This document shows, in pieces, positions 55,655-64,000 of a stretch of 64,000 nucleotides of DNA (position 1 is its first letter; every line of letters begins with the position of its first letter). The translations under genes were made by a program, and so were the position numbers. The stretch is from sequence record PZ386957.1; one strand, written 5' to 3'. This DNA comes from a phage. Below the pieces are notes generated by a model, which ran no database searches, had not been told where the DNA came from, and saw nothing but the letters and a program-made list of their open reading frames with translations.

Positions 55655-55849
55655 TTATACATTTTCAATCACCCATTGCAGATGGGCTTCTGCGTCAACC
55701 AGTTCAGCGCGGCTTTTCTCTAAGCACTTGCTGTATTCTTTACGTTCCCAATCAGCAATTTCGTTATTCAGGACTTCTTCATAGTAAGCAATTACGCCTT
55801 TCAGGTCTGAAACTTTACGGCTTGCCAGTTCGATGTAATGGTTACGCAT
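55655..55849 (-). CDS. hypothetical small protein
   Basis: 64 aa ORF with promoter cassette upstream. Confidence 0.35.
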   Translation of the reverse strand: MRNHYIELASRKVSDLKGVIAYYEEVLNNEIADWERKEYSKCLEKSRAELVDAEAHLQWVIENV

Positions 55850-55924
55850 TTTGATTCTCCTACTTGGTATCTCGTTTCGATGGGGACATTATGATATATC
55901 CCCGATCCAGTGTCAACAACTTTT

Positions 55925-56305
55925 TTAATCTTTTTTCAGTGCATCCATTACTCGCTCTGCGATCAGTTCTCTTAAGCACTGATAACCATGATATTTGATT
56001 GCAATGTCACGCAGATCATTAACCAGTTCCCGTACTTCATGGTCTTTCAAATCGTCTCTGTATTTCGATTTAACCGTGTCTTTAGGTGGATTGCGGATAA
56101 CCTGAAAACCTTGTTCTGCAATCACTGCGGCTTCTCGTTGGCGTTCATGCTGTACGGTGTTTTTGATCAAATCAGCTTCCATGAACTTTAATACATTAGC
56201 CATCATATTACCTTTCTTACTCATTGTTAAATCCTCATAAAATAAAAGGGAGACTCTCATTATAGAGAATCTCCCTTGTATGTCAAGTGTTATGATTGCA
56301 TCCAA
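55925..56305 (-). CDS. hypothetical protein
   Basis: 126 aa ORF. Confidence 0.4.
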   Translation of the reverse strand: MDAIITLDIQGRFSIMRVSLLFYEDLTMSKKGNMMANVLKFMEADLIKNTVQHERQREAAVIAEQGFQVIRNPPKDTVKSKYRDDLKDHEVRELVNDLRDIAIKYHGYQCLRELIAERVMDALKKD

Positions 56306-56815
56306 TCACGGCGTAAACTTGGATCATCGCCGTAGAGCATATCGAATAGCTCTTTGTAATTTTCTGGTAAAGTGATAATTTCCGTAACTGGTTCGTTAAT
56401 CACCTTGTGATAGTCTGATTCAGTCAAAGATGCCAACCCTTTGATGTATCGAATGTTATAACCTTTGATGTTATCACGGTCGGCTTCAAAGTCGTCAAGG
56501 CTATAGTACCAGCGTACATCATCACCTTTCTTTGGTTCCGCAATGATAATAGGTGTTTTCACAAACTTAATTCTACCTTCCTCGAACATTTCAGGCCAGC
56601 GAGCAAAGAAAGAAATAAGAGACGGTTTAATAGACCCTAAGCCAATAATCTCGATGTAAAGTTAGTTAGCCCGAAGGCTAACCATCGGTATCTGCGTCAG
56701 TCATTATCGCGATGTTTTTATACATTGTCGTTGGAGTCCGACGACGGCGTACATTCGTTTGCGCTTTGTATGCTACCATGTTCACATTCTGTGTGTCGAT
56801 TTTCTTTAATTTCAT
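56290..56815 (-). CDS. 60: DNA topoisomerase II subunit gp60 expressed by programmed translational bypass: join(56815..56681, 56640..56290), ~161 aa
   Basis: 5' segment MKLKKIDTQNVNMVAYKAQTNVRRRRTPTTMYKNIAIMTDADTDG ends at GGT followed by TAG in a hairpin; after a 37-nt gap, GGC-TTA-GGG resumes in the +1 frame as LGSIKPSLISFFARWPEMFEEGRIKFVKTP..., parallel to T4 gp60 as recalled. Confidence 0.7.
56664..56683 (-). promoter_or_regulatory. take-off stem-loop of the bypass element (GGU take-off codon + UAG stop in stem, UUCG tetraloop)
   Basis: mRNA 5'-GGUUAGCC-UUCG-GGCUAACU-3': 7 Watson-Crick pairs plus a G-U; landing codon GGC at 56641..56643 with GAG 6 nt upstream. Confidence 0.65.
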
Positions 56816-57650
56816 CGATATACCTCACTAATTCTTCGTCATTATATGGATTATAACCATCTTTAAATCTGTCAAACATCTTAACGACCGATTTTCTAGG
56901 ACAGCTAAGGTTTAACGCTTTATGACATTTAGCCGCGCCAGTAGCTTTAAATCGATTAGGATCGTAGTTTGACACAAACCAATCATAAATGTCAATCGTG
57001 TGGATAATCGCTTCTTTTGGTGTTAATGGTTGTTTATACCATTTCATGCTACGCATTACAGCAGCACCAGCAAGAGACGCTTTTCTAATTAATTCTTTGT
57101 TGTGTTTGTTTATTCCGTAGAACTCACCTGATAGAACAAGCGGATCATCGACCGCTAATTGTCTACGTTCGCCTTTATCGTTGATATAGATTGTTCTGCC
57201 TTTTGCTTTCTTATTATCAAAGTGTCGGCCTTTATTCAGTCCTACATAAAGATCCTTGTTTTGTTTGTATTCCTCTTTAGAAATTATAACACATTTACCA
57301 TCACTGACGCGTTTAACAGACAAACGACCTACCATCATTTCTTTAGAGAAGTTGGAAACTACTGTTCTATGTTGTTCTCTCGCGAATTGGTACATTGCAC
57401 CTGTCTTATATTTTCCGCTATTTGTCATGCGGTTTAAGGCGTAGTGCATTTTTCTGTTGTTATAAATCTTGGTTAACAGTATATGAGCAAGAAAGTGCTC
57501 TCTATATGTAAACGAAACAAGATTGGAATCGTCATCACTCCCACCCATAGATTTGGGTAGGATGTGATGAACTTCGATACCTTTATCACGAACGAGACCT
57601 CGTAACCGGCCTTTTTCTACTAGTTGGTTATAGATCTTTTGATAATTCAT
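56718..57650 (-). CDS. mobA-like HNH homing endonuclease inserted between topoisomerase genes 39 and 60
   Basis: HNH motif GIEVHHILPKSMGGSDDDSNLVSFTYREHFLAH; 310 aa; 3' end overlaps the gp60 5' segment in another frame. Confidence 0.75.
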   Translation of the reverse strand: MNYQKIYNQLVEKGRLRGLVRDKGIEVHHILPKSMGGSDDDSNLVSFTYREHFLAHILLTKIYNNRKMHYALNRMTNSGKYKTGAMYQFAREQHRTVVSNFSKEMMVGRLSVKRVSDGKCVIISKEEYKQNKDLYVGLNKGRHFDNKKAKGRTIYINDKGERRQLAVDDPLVLSGEFYGINKHNKELIRKASLAGAAVMRSMKWYKQPLTPKEAIIHTIDIYDWFVSNYDPNRFKATGAAKCHKALNLSCPRKSVVKMFDRFKDGYNPYNDEELVRYIDEIKENRHTECEHGSIQSANECTPSSDSNDNV

Positions 57651-59185
57651 AACATTCTCTTAACCTCCACCCATTCACCGTTAATCAATACTTCATCGTT
57701 AATATTAACAATAATTTTCTCACCTTGCAAGTCTAGCTCGAAAAACTCACCATCTACCATTTCTTCGGAGGTGGGAACACCAAACTGTAAACCAGTGATC
57801 GCCATAATGTTAAAAATTTCGGCATTTTTAACAATTGCAGTTTCTGGTTGTCCCCACGTTGTAAGAGTTTTACCTCGCAACGGGAAACCGCCATGTAAAT
57901 CTTGATCACGTACAGAGATCAGATAGTTGATCGCGGAATCACCTTCCGTCAAAAACAGGGTAGTTTCTGCGTCAGTTCCAATAAGGTTAGCTTTAACGTG
58001 TTTTGCTACCTTAGCCCGTTTTGCTGCCTTTGCTGCCTTAGTCGCTGCCGCTTTATCTGCTGCCTCTTTGCGTGCCAATACGACCGCGATAATAGGCATG
58101 ATAATATTTTCTTTCTTCGCAATGACTTTAGCCAGCTTTTTAAAATCCAGATCAATGTGACGCTTGATATCACCAGTAGGGTTAGTCAAACGTTCTTTCG
58201 TCTGGGAATCAAAACGCAAGTTAGGCAATTCACGAACAATCAAAATACAGGTCAAACCAGACTTAACCGCAGCTTTAGTAACATCAACTTTATATTCTTT
58301 CTTGATTCGTTTTACAATTTCCTCACATAGATCATCTGTTACATAGTCTACGTGTGTTCCCCCGTTTTTGGTAAACAGACCATTAGCAAAGGATACTGAT
58401 TTAAAACCTTCACCTTCAACCGCAGGAACTAGAGCAAGTGAAAAGTTTTTATCCTCGATGACAAACGGATCATCATTGTAGAGTTTAGCATACTCTTTGA
58501 ACTTGCTGGTGATTCTCTTTCCGTTAAACTTAAACGTGATTTTAGGAAAGATAACACTCAAAGAATACAGACGGTCACAAATCACATCTGCAATCTCTTG
58601 TGACATAATCATCCCTTCAAAATGATCAAAATCAGGACAAAATGTAACCTTTGTTCCCTTTAATTTTGATGGCTTAGATGACCATGTAATATTTTCCGCA
58701 CCGTTGGTACATTGTACGGTTAATTCATTCTCGCCATCGCACGTTACACCCGTAAACCATGCGGAGAAGTATGCAGTTAACGCGCTGCCGATCCCATTCA
58801 TTCCCATAGTAACGCGGTTGGTATCATCAAAGTTAGATCCGGCTTTAGCTCGTGTCCATGCAGCGACTGGTTGCGGGATCTGTTTTCCTTCCGGTGTCGT
58901 TACGATATGTTGAGGAATACCGCGACCATTATCCGTTACCGATACAATGTTATCTTGAATATCTACGCTGATTACATTAGCAAAATCAAAATTTGTTCGG
59001 ATTGCTTCGTCTACAGAGTTGTCGATGATCTCATCGATGATTTTAACTAGCCCAGGAACATATGATACAGTTGTCCATTTACCATACAGGAATCTATTAT
59101 GTGATTCGTATGTAGTAGACCCGATATACATCGATGGTCTCTTAAGGCAGTGAGCACGATCATCTAAGAGTAAAAATTCACTCAT
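57647..59185 (-). CDS. 39: DNA topoisomerase II large subunit gp39 (GyrB-like ATPase + start of Toprim)
   Basis: 512 aa; GHKL ATPase N-terminus; Toprim glutamate motif LTEGDSA near the C-terminus; the Toprim DxD motif (IMTDADTDG) is in downstream gene 60. Confidence 0.8.
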   Translation of the reverse strand: MSEFLLLDDRAHCLKRPSMYIGSTTYESHNRFLYGKWTTVSYVPGLVKIIDEIIDNSVDEAIRTNFDFANVISVDIQDNIVSVTDNGRGIPQHIVTTPEGKQIPQPVAAWTRAKAGSNFDDTNRVTMGMNGIGSALTAYFSAWFTGVTCDGENELTVQCTNGAENITWSSKPSKLKGTKVTFCPDFDHFEGMIMSQEIADVICDRLYSLSVIFPKITFKFNGKRITSKFKEYAKLYNDDPFVIEDKNFSLALVPAVEGEGFKSVSFANGLFTKNGGTHVDYVTDDLCEEIVKRIKKEYKVDVTKAAVKSGLTCILIVRELPNLRFDSQTKERLTNPTGDIKRHIDLDFKKLAKVIAKKENIIMPIIAVVLARKEAADKAAATKAAKAAKRAKVAKHVKANLIGTDAETTLFLTEGDSAINYLISVRDQDLHGGFPLRGKTLTTWGQPETAIVKNAEIFNIMAITGLQFGVPTSEEMVDGEFFELDLQGEKIIVNINDEVLINGEWVEVKRML

Positions 59186-59284
59186 TATTAAACCTCTTCA
59201 TAACATATCCATAACTTACTGCAACCGACACAAAGACGGCTGCAACAATCATATTAAAAATTGAGTGATTGTCAAGTATATGAC

Positions 59285-59458
59285 TCATGATACGCGAACA
59301 TTTTTATCATAATACCCGCCATTGATACCGCGCGGGGCAGTTAATCCCTGTTTGCATTCTTTACCACATTCAGGGCATTCTGCCTTTTCACGCTCTGAAA
59401 TTTTGCGGATTTTCTGAAACTGACCGTGTTCTTCACAAGAATAATCATATAACGGCAT
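59285..59458 (-). CDS. FmdB-like zinc-ribbon small protein (start trimmed to internal Met)
   Basis: MPLYDYSCEEHG...CPECGK; starts right after the dexA stop. Confidence 0.45.
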   Translation of the reverse strand: MPLYDYSCEEHGQFQKIRKISEREKAECPECGKECKQGLTAPRGINGGYYDKNVRVS

Positions 59459-59459
59459 A

Positions 59460-60128
59460 TTATCCCCTTTGTTTCTTAACTGAATTTGGATCTGGATTTT
59501 CTGGTAGGTCTTCCAGACCCATAGCATAACGTTGTGCATAGATTAGCATAAGAATATCGCGAGCGCAATCATGAATTGCATCATGCGCGATAAATCCGTC
59601 TAGCGTACCCATTGGTAAAGGACATTCACACATACCACGATGCATTAATGTACGCTCAATGGCGGTACGAACATCTCGGATATTCCAGAATCGCACAGGT
59701 TCAAGATTGAACGTCTCACGGGTATTATGAGCACGTCGAATCATATCAACTAGCAACGGAATATCAAAAGCATTACCGCGTGACCACATTACGGATTTAA
59801 CCGGATCTACCCCTATAGACTCACAGAAAGCGTTAAAACGAGCTAATCCGGTGTTGGTTGATACTTCCGTACCATTTGTGATTAATTGCTTTCTCATGCC
59901 TTCTGAGGCGGTATTCTTCCACCATTCAACCACACCATGATCAAACACCCTTACACCTTTCTGGGAAGGAATATCAAATTTTACCAGAAAGGAATTATCA
60001 ACCAGTTCTTTAAAAGTCGGTGGATTGTGCGGATCTTCTTTAAAACCAATTGCAGCCATATTGATTACCGCTCCATCAGGCGGATAACCTAGACTTTCAA
60101 AGTCAATCATTAAATCCACTGGAAGCAT
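59460..60128 (-). CDS. dexA: 3'-5' exonuclease A
   Basis: 222 aa (T4 DexA 227 aa); DEDD-type N-terminal acidic motif MIDFESLG; positional (between 39 and dda). Confidence 0.65.
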   Translation of the reverse strand: MLPVDLMIDFESLGYPPDGAVINMAAIGFKEDPHNPPTFKELVDNSFLVKFDIPSQKGVRVFDHGVVEWWKNTASEGMRKQLITNGTEVSTNTGLARFNAFCESIGVDPVKSVMWSRGNAFDIPLLVDMIRRAHNTRETFNLEPVRFWNIRDVRTAIERTLMHRGMCECPLPMGTLDGFIAHDAIHDCARDILMLIYAQRYAMGLEDLPENPDPNSVKKQRG

Positions 60129-60371
60129 TTAAATATCCTCCGCGATGTGTCGGCATAACTCCAGATCGTTTTTATCCAGAATGAAACCGCTACAATCAAT
60201 AATTCCTTTACCGTAATTATCGGCTAACAGTCGGTCCGTTGCCATGTATGCGCGTACCTTGTTGTTAAAATTCATTACATGTTGTGCATAATCACAATGA
60301 ATCTTTTGACGGTTCCACGCAACAATTGATTGTAGATGTATTACATTAGCCATATCATTAATAACAACCAT
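60129..60371 (-). CDS. hypothetical small protein
   Basis: 80 aa ORF. Confidence 0.35.
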   Translation of the reverse strand: MVVINDMANVIHLQSIVAWNRQKIHCDYAQHVMNFNNKVRAYMATDRLLADNYGKGIIDCSGFILDKNDLELCRHIAEDI

Positions 60372-60372
60372 A

Positions 60373-60555
60373 TCAAAAACCTCGCTTAGTGAAATGTTCG
60401 ATCATTTTATTGATACATGCAGCTTCACTATCGCCGGACACGTTCCAGCCGTATAGACCCCATCTAAAACACATGGTAACAGTTCCATTGTGACGGCTGA
60501 CCGTCACATTATCAAATTCTGGGATACTTCGCATAATCATAATAATATTCCTCAA
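60373..60555 (-). CDS. hypothetical small protein
   Basis: 60 aa ORF. Confidence 0.3.
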   Translation of the reverse strand: MRNIIMIMRSIPEFDNVTVSRHNGTVTMCFRWGLYGWNVSGDSEAACINKMIEHFTKRGF

Positions 60556-61943
60556 ATATAGTCTACACGATACCGCGCACGGGTAACACCGACATATAAT
60601 AACTGCATTGCCAATTCAAAGTCAACATTATCTGTACACATGCAAGGAGTATACAGGAACACGCGGTCTACGCTGATCCCTTGTGACTTATGAATGGTGC
60701 AAGCTGGCAATGCTTTTACATTCAAGAACATACGTTTCATCGTCCAGAAGGAATCCCAATCTGGTTTAAATTTTGGATTCTCTTTCTTCATTTCGCGATA
60801 TTGTCCGGCGACCGTATTCAGATAGATATAGAAAATGTTCTTCTGACGTTGTTCTGTCAGAATGTTGATTTCTACCAAATCTGGTTTATCTGTAGTGATT
60901 CCGACTGCATCTAAACCGACTTTCTGATTTAGGATTTCTTTGTCTTCGTCATCATCGACGCTTTCCACTTTCAGAGTATAGCCTAAAACTGGTTGCGGAT
61001 CTACCCCCGTGCAACGTAATGTAAATTCGCGCGGGATAACCTCTTTAACTCGGATCATCTCACCATTGTTAAAAATAACATTGGGAATCTTCTTCCCGCG
61101 TTCATCTCGCAGATATTCGATCAACGGTTCCTGAGTAACCAGAATTTCATCTACAATCACGGGTTCATCGGTGTTATAAACGCGCTTACGCACAATTTCA
61201 TTGAGTTTTTCGACGCTCTTGTTAGTGTAGGCCAGAATACGGTTTTCCAGCAAGTCTTCCGGCGTTTTAACGGCTTCAAAATAATGCTTCATGAACTCTG
61301 GCAGCGTTGAGCTATGGAATACACCCTCGTTGTCGCACTGCTTTTCGAATACCCATTTACCATTACGGACAGCGGTCGCCACATCAATTATTGGTGCATT
61401 GGATCGTTTAATCTCTGTAAGTTCTACATTCTGGAACTTTTCATCCGTGAAGAAAGGAGAAATTGACGTTGCACCACTCGGATCGACTGGTCGCAACTGG
61501 TGCGGATCTCCTACTGCAATAACCACAATTCGCCCGTTGATACTCTTCATGAGGATATCAAATAGTTTCTTATCGACCATACTCGCTTCATCAACAATGA
61601 TGATCTGCACATCATCAAGTTTAGGAGTATCTTTTTGCTCAAATACTTGAGTGTCTTCATAGTTGGTCGGATTGAGTCGCAGAAGTGCATGTAAGGTAAA
61701 CGCTTGACGGCCTACCGCTTTACTCAAAACCTTTTTAGCCTGGTGGGTAGGTGTTGCCAAAACCACACCAGTTACACCACGGCGGACCATTTCTTGAACA
61801 ATGAATTTCATCATTGCAGTTTTACCAGTACCAGCCGCACCACGGACCGTTGTGTGCTTCTTTTGTTCAATGCGTTTCATTAGAACATCAAAAGCATGTT
61901 TTTGTCCGTCTGTCAACATATCGAAAGTTAATACTCTGCTCAT
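60552..61943 (-). CDS. dda: SF1B DNA helicase Dda
   Basis: Walker A GAAGTGKT; 463 aa (T4 Dda 439 aa); helicase motifs IIVDEASM, C-terminal ...VGVTRAR... Confidence 0.8.
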   Translation of the reverse strand: MSRVLTFDMLTDGQKHAFDVLMKRIEQKKHTTVRGAAGTGKTAMMKFIVQEMVRRGVTGVVLATPTHQAKKVLSKAVGRQAFTLHALLRLNPTNYEDTQVFEQKDTPKLDDVQIIIVDEASMVDKKLFDILMKSINGRIVVIAVGDPHQLRPVDPSGATSISPFFTDEKFQNVELTEIKRSNAPIIDVATAVRNGKWVFEKQCDNEGVFHSSTLPEFMKHYFEAVKTPEDLLENRILAYTNKSVEKLNEIVRKRVYNTDEPVIVDEILVTQEPLIEYLRDERGKKIPNVIFNNGEMIRVKEVIPREFTLRCTGVDPQPVLGYTLKVESVDDDEDKEILNQKVGLDAVGITTDKPDLVEINILTEQRQKNIFYIYLNTVAGQYREMKKENPKFKPDWDSFWTMKRMFLNVKALPACTIHKSQGISVDRVFLYTPCMCTDNVDFELAMQLLYVGVTRARYRVDYI

Positions 61944-62257
61944 TATCCTAAAATCCTCACCTTGCGAACACAGATAGTATTGAGTTCTCGTCGTACCCGT
62001 TCTTTTTCATATTCAGGAATTTTGTATTCTATACCATCCCGAACAATTTCAGAAGACCGGATTATACCAAATTTTCGTTTAGGTACAACCTTGTATTTCG
62101 GTTCACCCGCCAATAGACTCTCACAATAATCTATCTGATCACACATTGACGCTAACGCAGCATCATGTGTTTCGCAAGTTAGGACGCGACCTTTAGCGTC
62201 CACCGAGTATTGAAAGAATCCGTCTTTATCACGATAACATACAGCAAATACATGCAT
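61943..62257 (-). CDS. hypothetical protein
   Basis: 104 aa ORF downstream of dda. Confidence 0.4.
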   Translation of the reverse strand: MHVFAVCYRDKDGFFQYSVDAKGRVLTCETHDAALASMCDQIDYCESLLAGEPKYKVVPKRKFGIIRSSEIVRDGIEYKIPEYEKERVRRELNTICVRKVRILG

Positions 62258-63012
62258 TATAAACCTACCTTCGCTTTCATCAATTCAATCCACGACGCAT
62301 CAATCGGAAGCCCGTATTTCACGCGTTCTTTTTGTGCTGGCGTTAAGTTCTCATACTTAGAAAGAGATTCAATCAAAACGCTGGTATATTTTAGCACGAT
62401 TTCGGTATTGTTTGCAATAGCCTTAAGTTTTTCCTCTTTCTTGTTTATTTCGCTAAGGGCTTGCTTGAGATCTGCGATTTTCTGATAACGTTCCTCCATA
62501 CGGAAGAGAGTATTTTTAATCGCTCTTTCTGCTGCCTCTGCTTTCTCCGGTTCGTTGTGCTTTTTGTGGCGCTCGATTGCTAATTTCTTTTCTTCGATCG
62601 CCATTTCCTGATTCTTAATGCGACTCTCGTTAAGTTCGATCCATTCGATGTACTTCGCACGTAGGGCAATTTCATCATCAGAAAGTTTACCGTTAGTTCC
62701 TAGTTCCTGGATCTCTTTAAGAGATTCGATAGTGTGATTACCACGGAAAGAATTGTATTTCAGTTTAACCGGAATTACGTTGCCATCAACATAGCCCAGA
62801 TTGCAATCAATGCGCTCTAAGGAGAGTCCATCATCACCTTCACCGAAAGCCTCACCGGAATAGGCGCAATGAGTCTGACGGTAAATGTTGCGAACAGTGA
62901 CTAAGCTCATAGAGAAGTCTTTGTTACGACGTGAAGCGCCAGCCATGATAGAGTTCAGACGGAAAACAACCAGCGCCAATTCTTCGTTAGATTTAAAAGC
63001 AAACAGTTTCAT
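62257..63012 (-). CDS. hypothetical protein with degenerate HNH-like motif and C-terminal coiled coil
   Basis: CAYSGEAF...LSLERID...GNVIPV...N.FRGNH; C-terminal heptad-rich region; 251 aa. Confidence 0.35.
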   Translation of the reverse strand: MKLFAFKSNEELALVVFRLNSIMAGASRRNKDFSMSLVTVRNIYRQTHCAYSGEAFGEGDDGLSLERIDCNLGYVDGNVIPVKLKYNSFRGNHTIESLKEIQELGTNGKLSDDEIALRAKYIEWIELNESRIKNQEMAIEEKKLAIERHKKHNEPEKAEAAERAIKNTLFRMEERYQKIADLKQALSEINKKEEKLKAIANNTEIVLKYTSVLIESLSKYENLTPAQKERVKYGLPIDASWIELMKAKVGL

Positions 63013-63073
63013 AATTGATTCTCCTTAGTTGGTATGTGTGTATTATTGTCTATCTGGTTTGTGTTGTCAACAC

Positions 63074-63622
63074 TTAAATTAAAGAAAATTTGTAAATTTC
63101 TATCAGGTCGCCGTTGCACGCGTAAACTTCCTCGATCTCATCTAAGATCATGGTCGTTCCGATCTTGTAAATGCACTCTCGCTCATCCGCTAACATCGCA
63201 TACAGAGACAAACGGGTAGTCGGGTTATCATATTCTTTCGACACCACGCGATCAATAGCATGTTCGTAATAATTCATGCAAGGCTTAGTTGGTTTTATTG
63301 CAATAACCTTCCCGGTTGCATAAACATCTGTTGCAAAGTCTTCTGCTGTTGATTGTAGTGGCGTAAAGCTCATAGGACGCTCTACAACGAAAGAATCACC
63401 CACAATTAAGGTATCCAGCTTACGACCTTCTCTTTTGCTCACACCGCGATACAGGGCTTCGTGGTGCACTAATCTTTCTGTCTTCTCAATAAGTGAATTA
63501 AGGATGTTCATGTCGATGTTATCCTTAGAGTTCATCACTTCATCAATAACATTAAGTTCTTCCGGTGTAAATTGCATAATAAAAAGCCTCCAATCTTTCG
63601 ACTGGAGGCATGATAAAACCAT
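63074..63622 (-). CDS. putative ADP-ribosyltransferase (ModA/ModB-like, positional)
   Basis: 182 aa; ...ALYRGV..., ...PLQSTA... are ART-like; lies after dda where T4 has modA/modB. Confidence 0.4.
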   Translation of the reverse strand: MVLSCLQSKDWRLFIMQFTPEELNVIDEVMNSKDNIDMNILNSLIEKTERLVHHEALYRGVSKREGRKLDTLIVGDSFVVERPMSFTPLQSTAEDFATDVYATGKVIAIKPTKPCMNYYEHAIDRVVSKEYDNPTTRLSLYAMLADERECIYKIGTTMILDEIEEVYACNGDLIEIYKFSLI

Positions 63623-63644
63623 TATAGAGTAGTGTCAACTAATT

Positions 63645-63953
63645 TTAGTAGCCGCGTTCTTGACGGGCGAAATTTTCGGCATTTTTCAGGTAATACAGAA
63701 TAAACAATTCTTTAGCATCAATGCCCAACGGAATCAACTTAGACAAAATGAAATGGAGTGCGTCCACGGCCTCAAATTTCGCCTCAAGTTGGTCTTCTGG
63801 TGACAGTTCGGAGAATTTACGCGCTCGCGCTTCCCCGTGGTTCTTTTTCCATACTTTCCAAACCGCGCTTGCATCTTTACCGTTAGACATTCCACCTAGT
63901 GATGTGTAAAGCTCTCGTGTTTCGTCTGCGATTGCGTCATCCATCAGGCGCAT
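63645..63953 (-). CDS. hypothetical protein (possibly MazG-like helical NTP-pyrophosphatase fold)
   Basis: 102 aa, helical; weak resemblance only. Confidence 0.25.
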   Translation of the reverse strand: MRLMDDAIADETRELYTSLGGMSNGKDASAVWKVWKKNHGEARARKFSELSPEDQLEAKFEAVDALHFILSKLIPLGIDAKELFILYYLKNAENFARQERGY

Positions 63954-64000
63954 CCAATCAAGGATTTCACCACAAGTCTCTAGCTTAGTTGGGTTCGCCA

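Noticed and set aside
56641-56683. Possibility that gene 60 halves are joined by a simple +1 ribosomal frameshift or are two independent genes
   Set aside because: The 5' frame stops (TAG) immediately after the GGT codon, and the 3' frame has a TAA seven codons upstream of the GGC landing codon, so no single frameshift joins them. The 3' segment has no SD or start codon of its own until an internal Met 17 codons in. The hairpin plus matched Gly codons fit bypassing better.
1-64000. tRNA genes, rRNA, CRISPR arrays, integrase/att sites
   Set aside because: No cloverleaf-like conserved tRNA strings, no regularly spaced direct repeats with unique spacers, and no tyrosine or serine recombinase motifs were seen. 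The repeats present are promoter/terminator cassettes and in-frame tail-fibre repeats. A tRNAscan run would be needed to exclude tRNAs formally.

Overview
This window reads as a contiguous ~64 kb segment of a T4-like (T-even type) myovirus genome, inferred from recognisable protein motifs and T4-like gene order; no database search was possible. Synteny runs: baseplate 48/54 (start, + strand) -> alt ADP-ribosyltransferases -> a hyperplastic block of ~25 small early ORFs -> DNA ligase 30 -> 31 -> cd -> pseT -> rnlA (63) -> denA -> nrdB -> nrdA -> td -> frd -> 32 -> 59 -> 33 -> dsbA -> rnh (all - strand), then long tail fibre genes 34-35-36-37 and holin t (+ strand), then back on the - strand: small ORFs -> 52 -> rIIB -> rIIA -> 60 -> 39 -> dexA -> dda -> modA/B-like. 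It is clearly not T4 itself: no motA/asiA, no gene 38, nrdB and td are uninterrupted ORFs, and gp37 ends in an intramolecular chaperone domain. The two most striking features are (1) a gene 60-like programmed translational bypass (hop) element next to a mobA-like HNH gene inside the topoisomerase gene, with different codons and a shorter gap than the T4 paradigm, and (2) an nrdA gene fractured by a split intein whose halves flank a free-standing HNH endonuclease ORF. Other points of interest are a tandem array of six paralogous small proteins sharing an H-x-H-W motif, 20+ copies of a sigma70-type early promoter cassette (a subset with a palindromic GGGGATC-NNN-GATCCCC spacer), and accessory ORFs with CYTH, NADAR, DUF262, minimal C5-methyltransferase-like and zinc-ribbon/T5orf172-like signatures. 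No tRNA, rRNA or CRISPR array was recognised. All coordinates for short motifs were counted by hand and may be off by a few bases.
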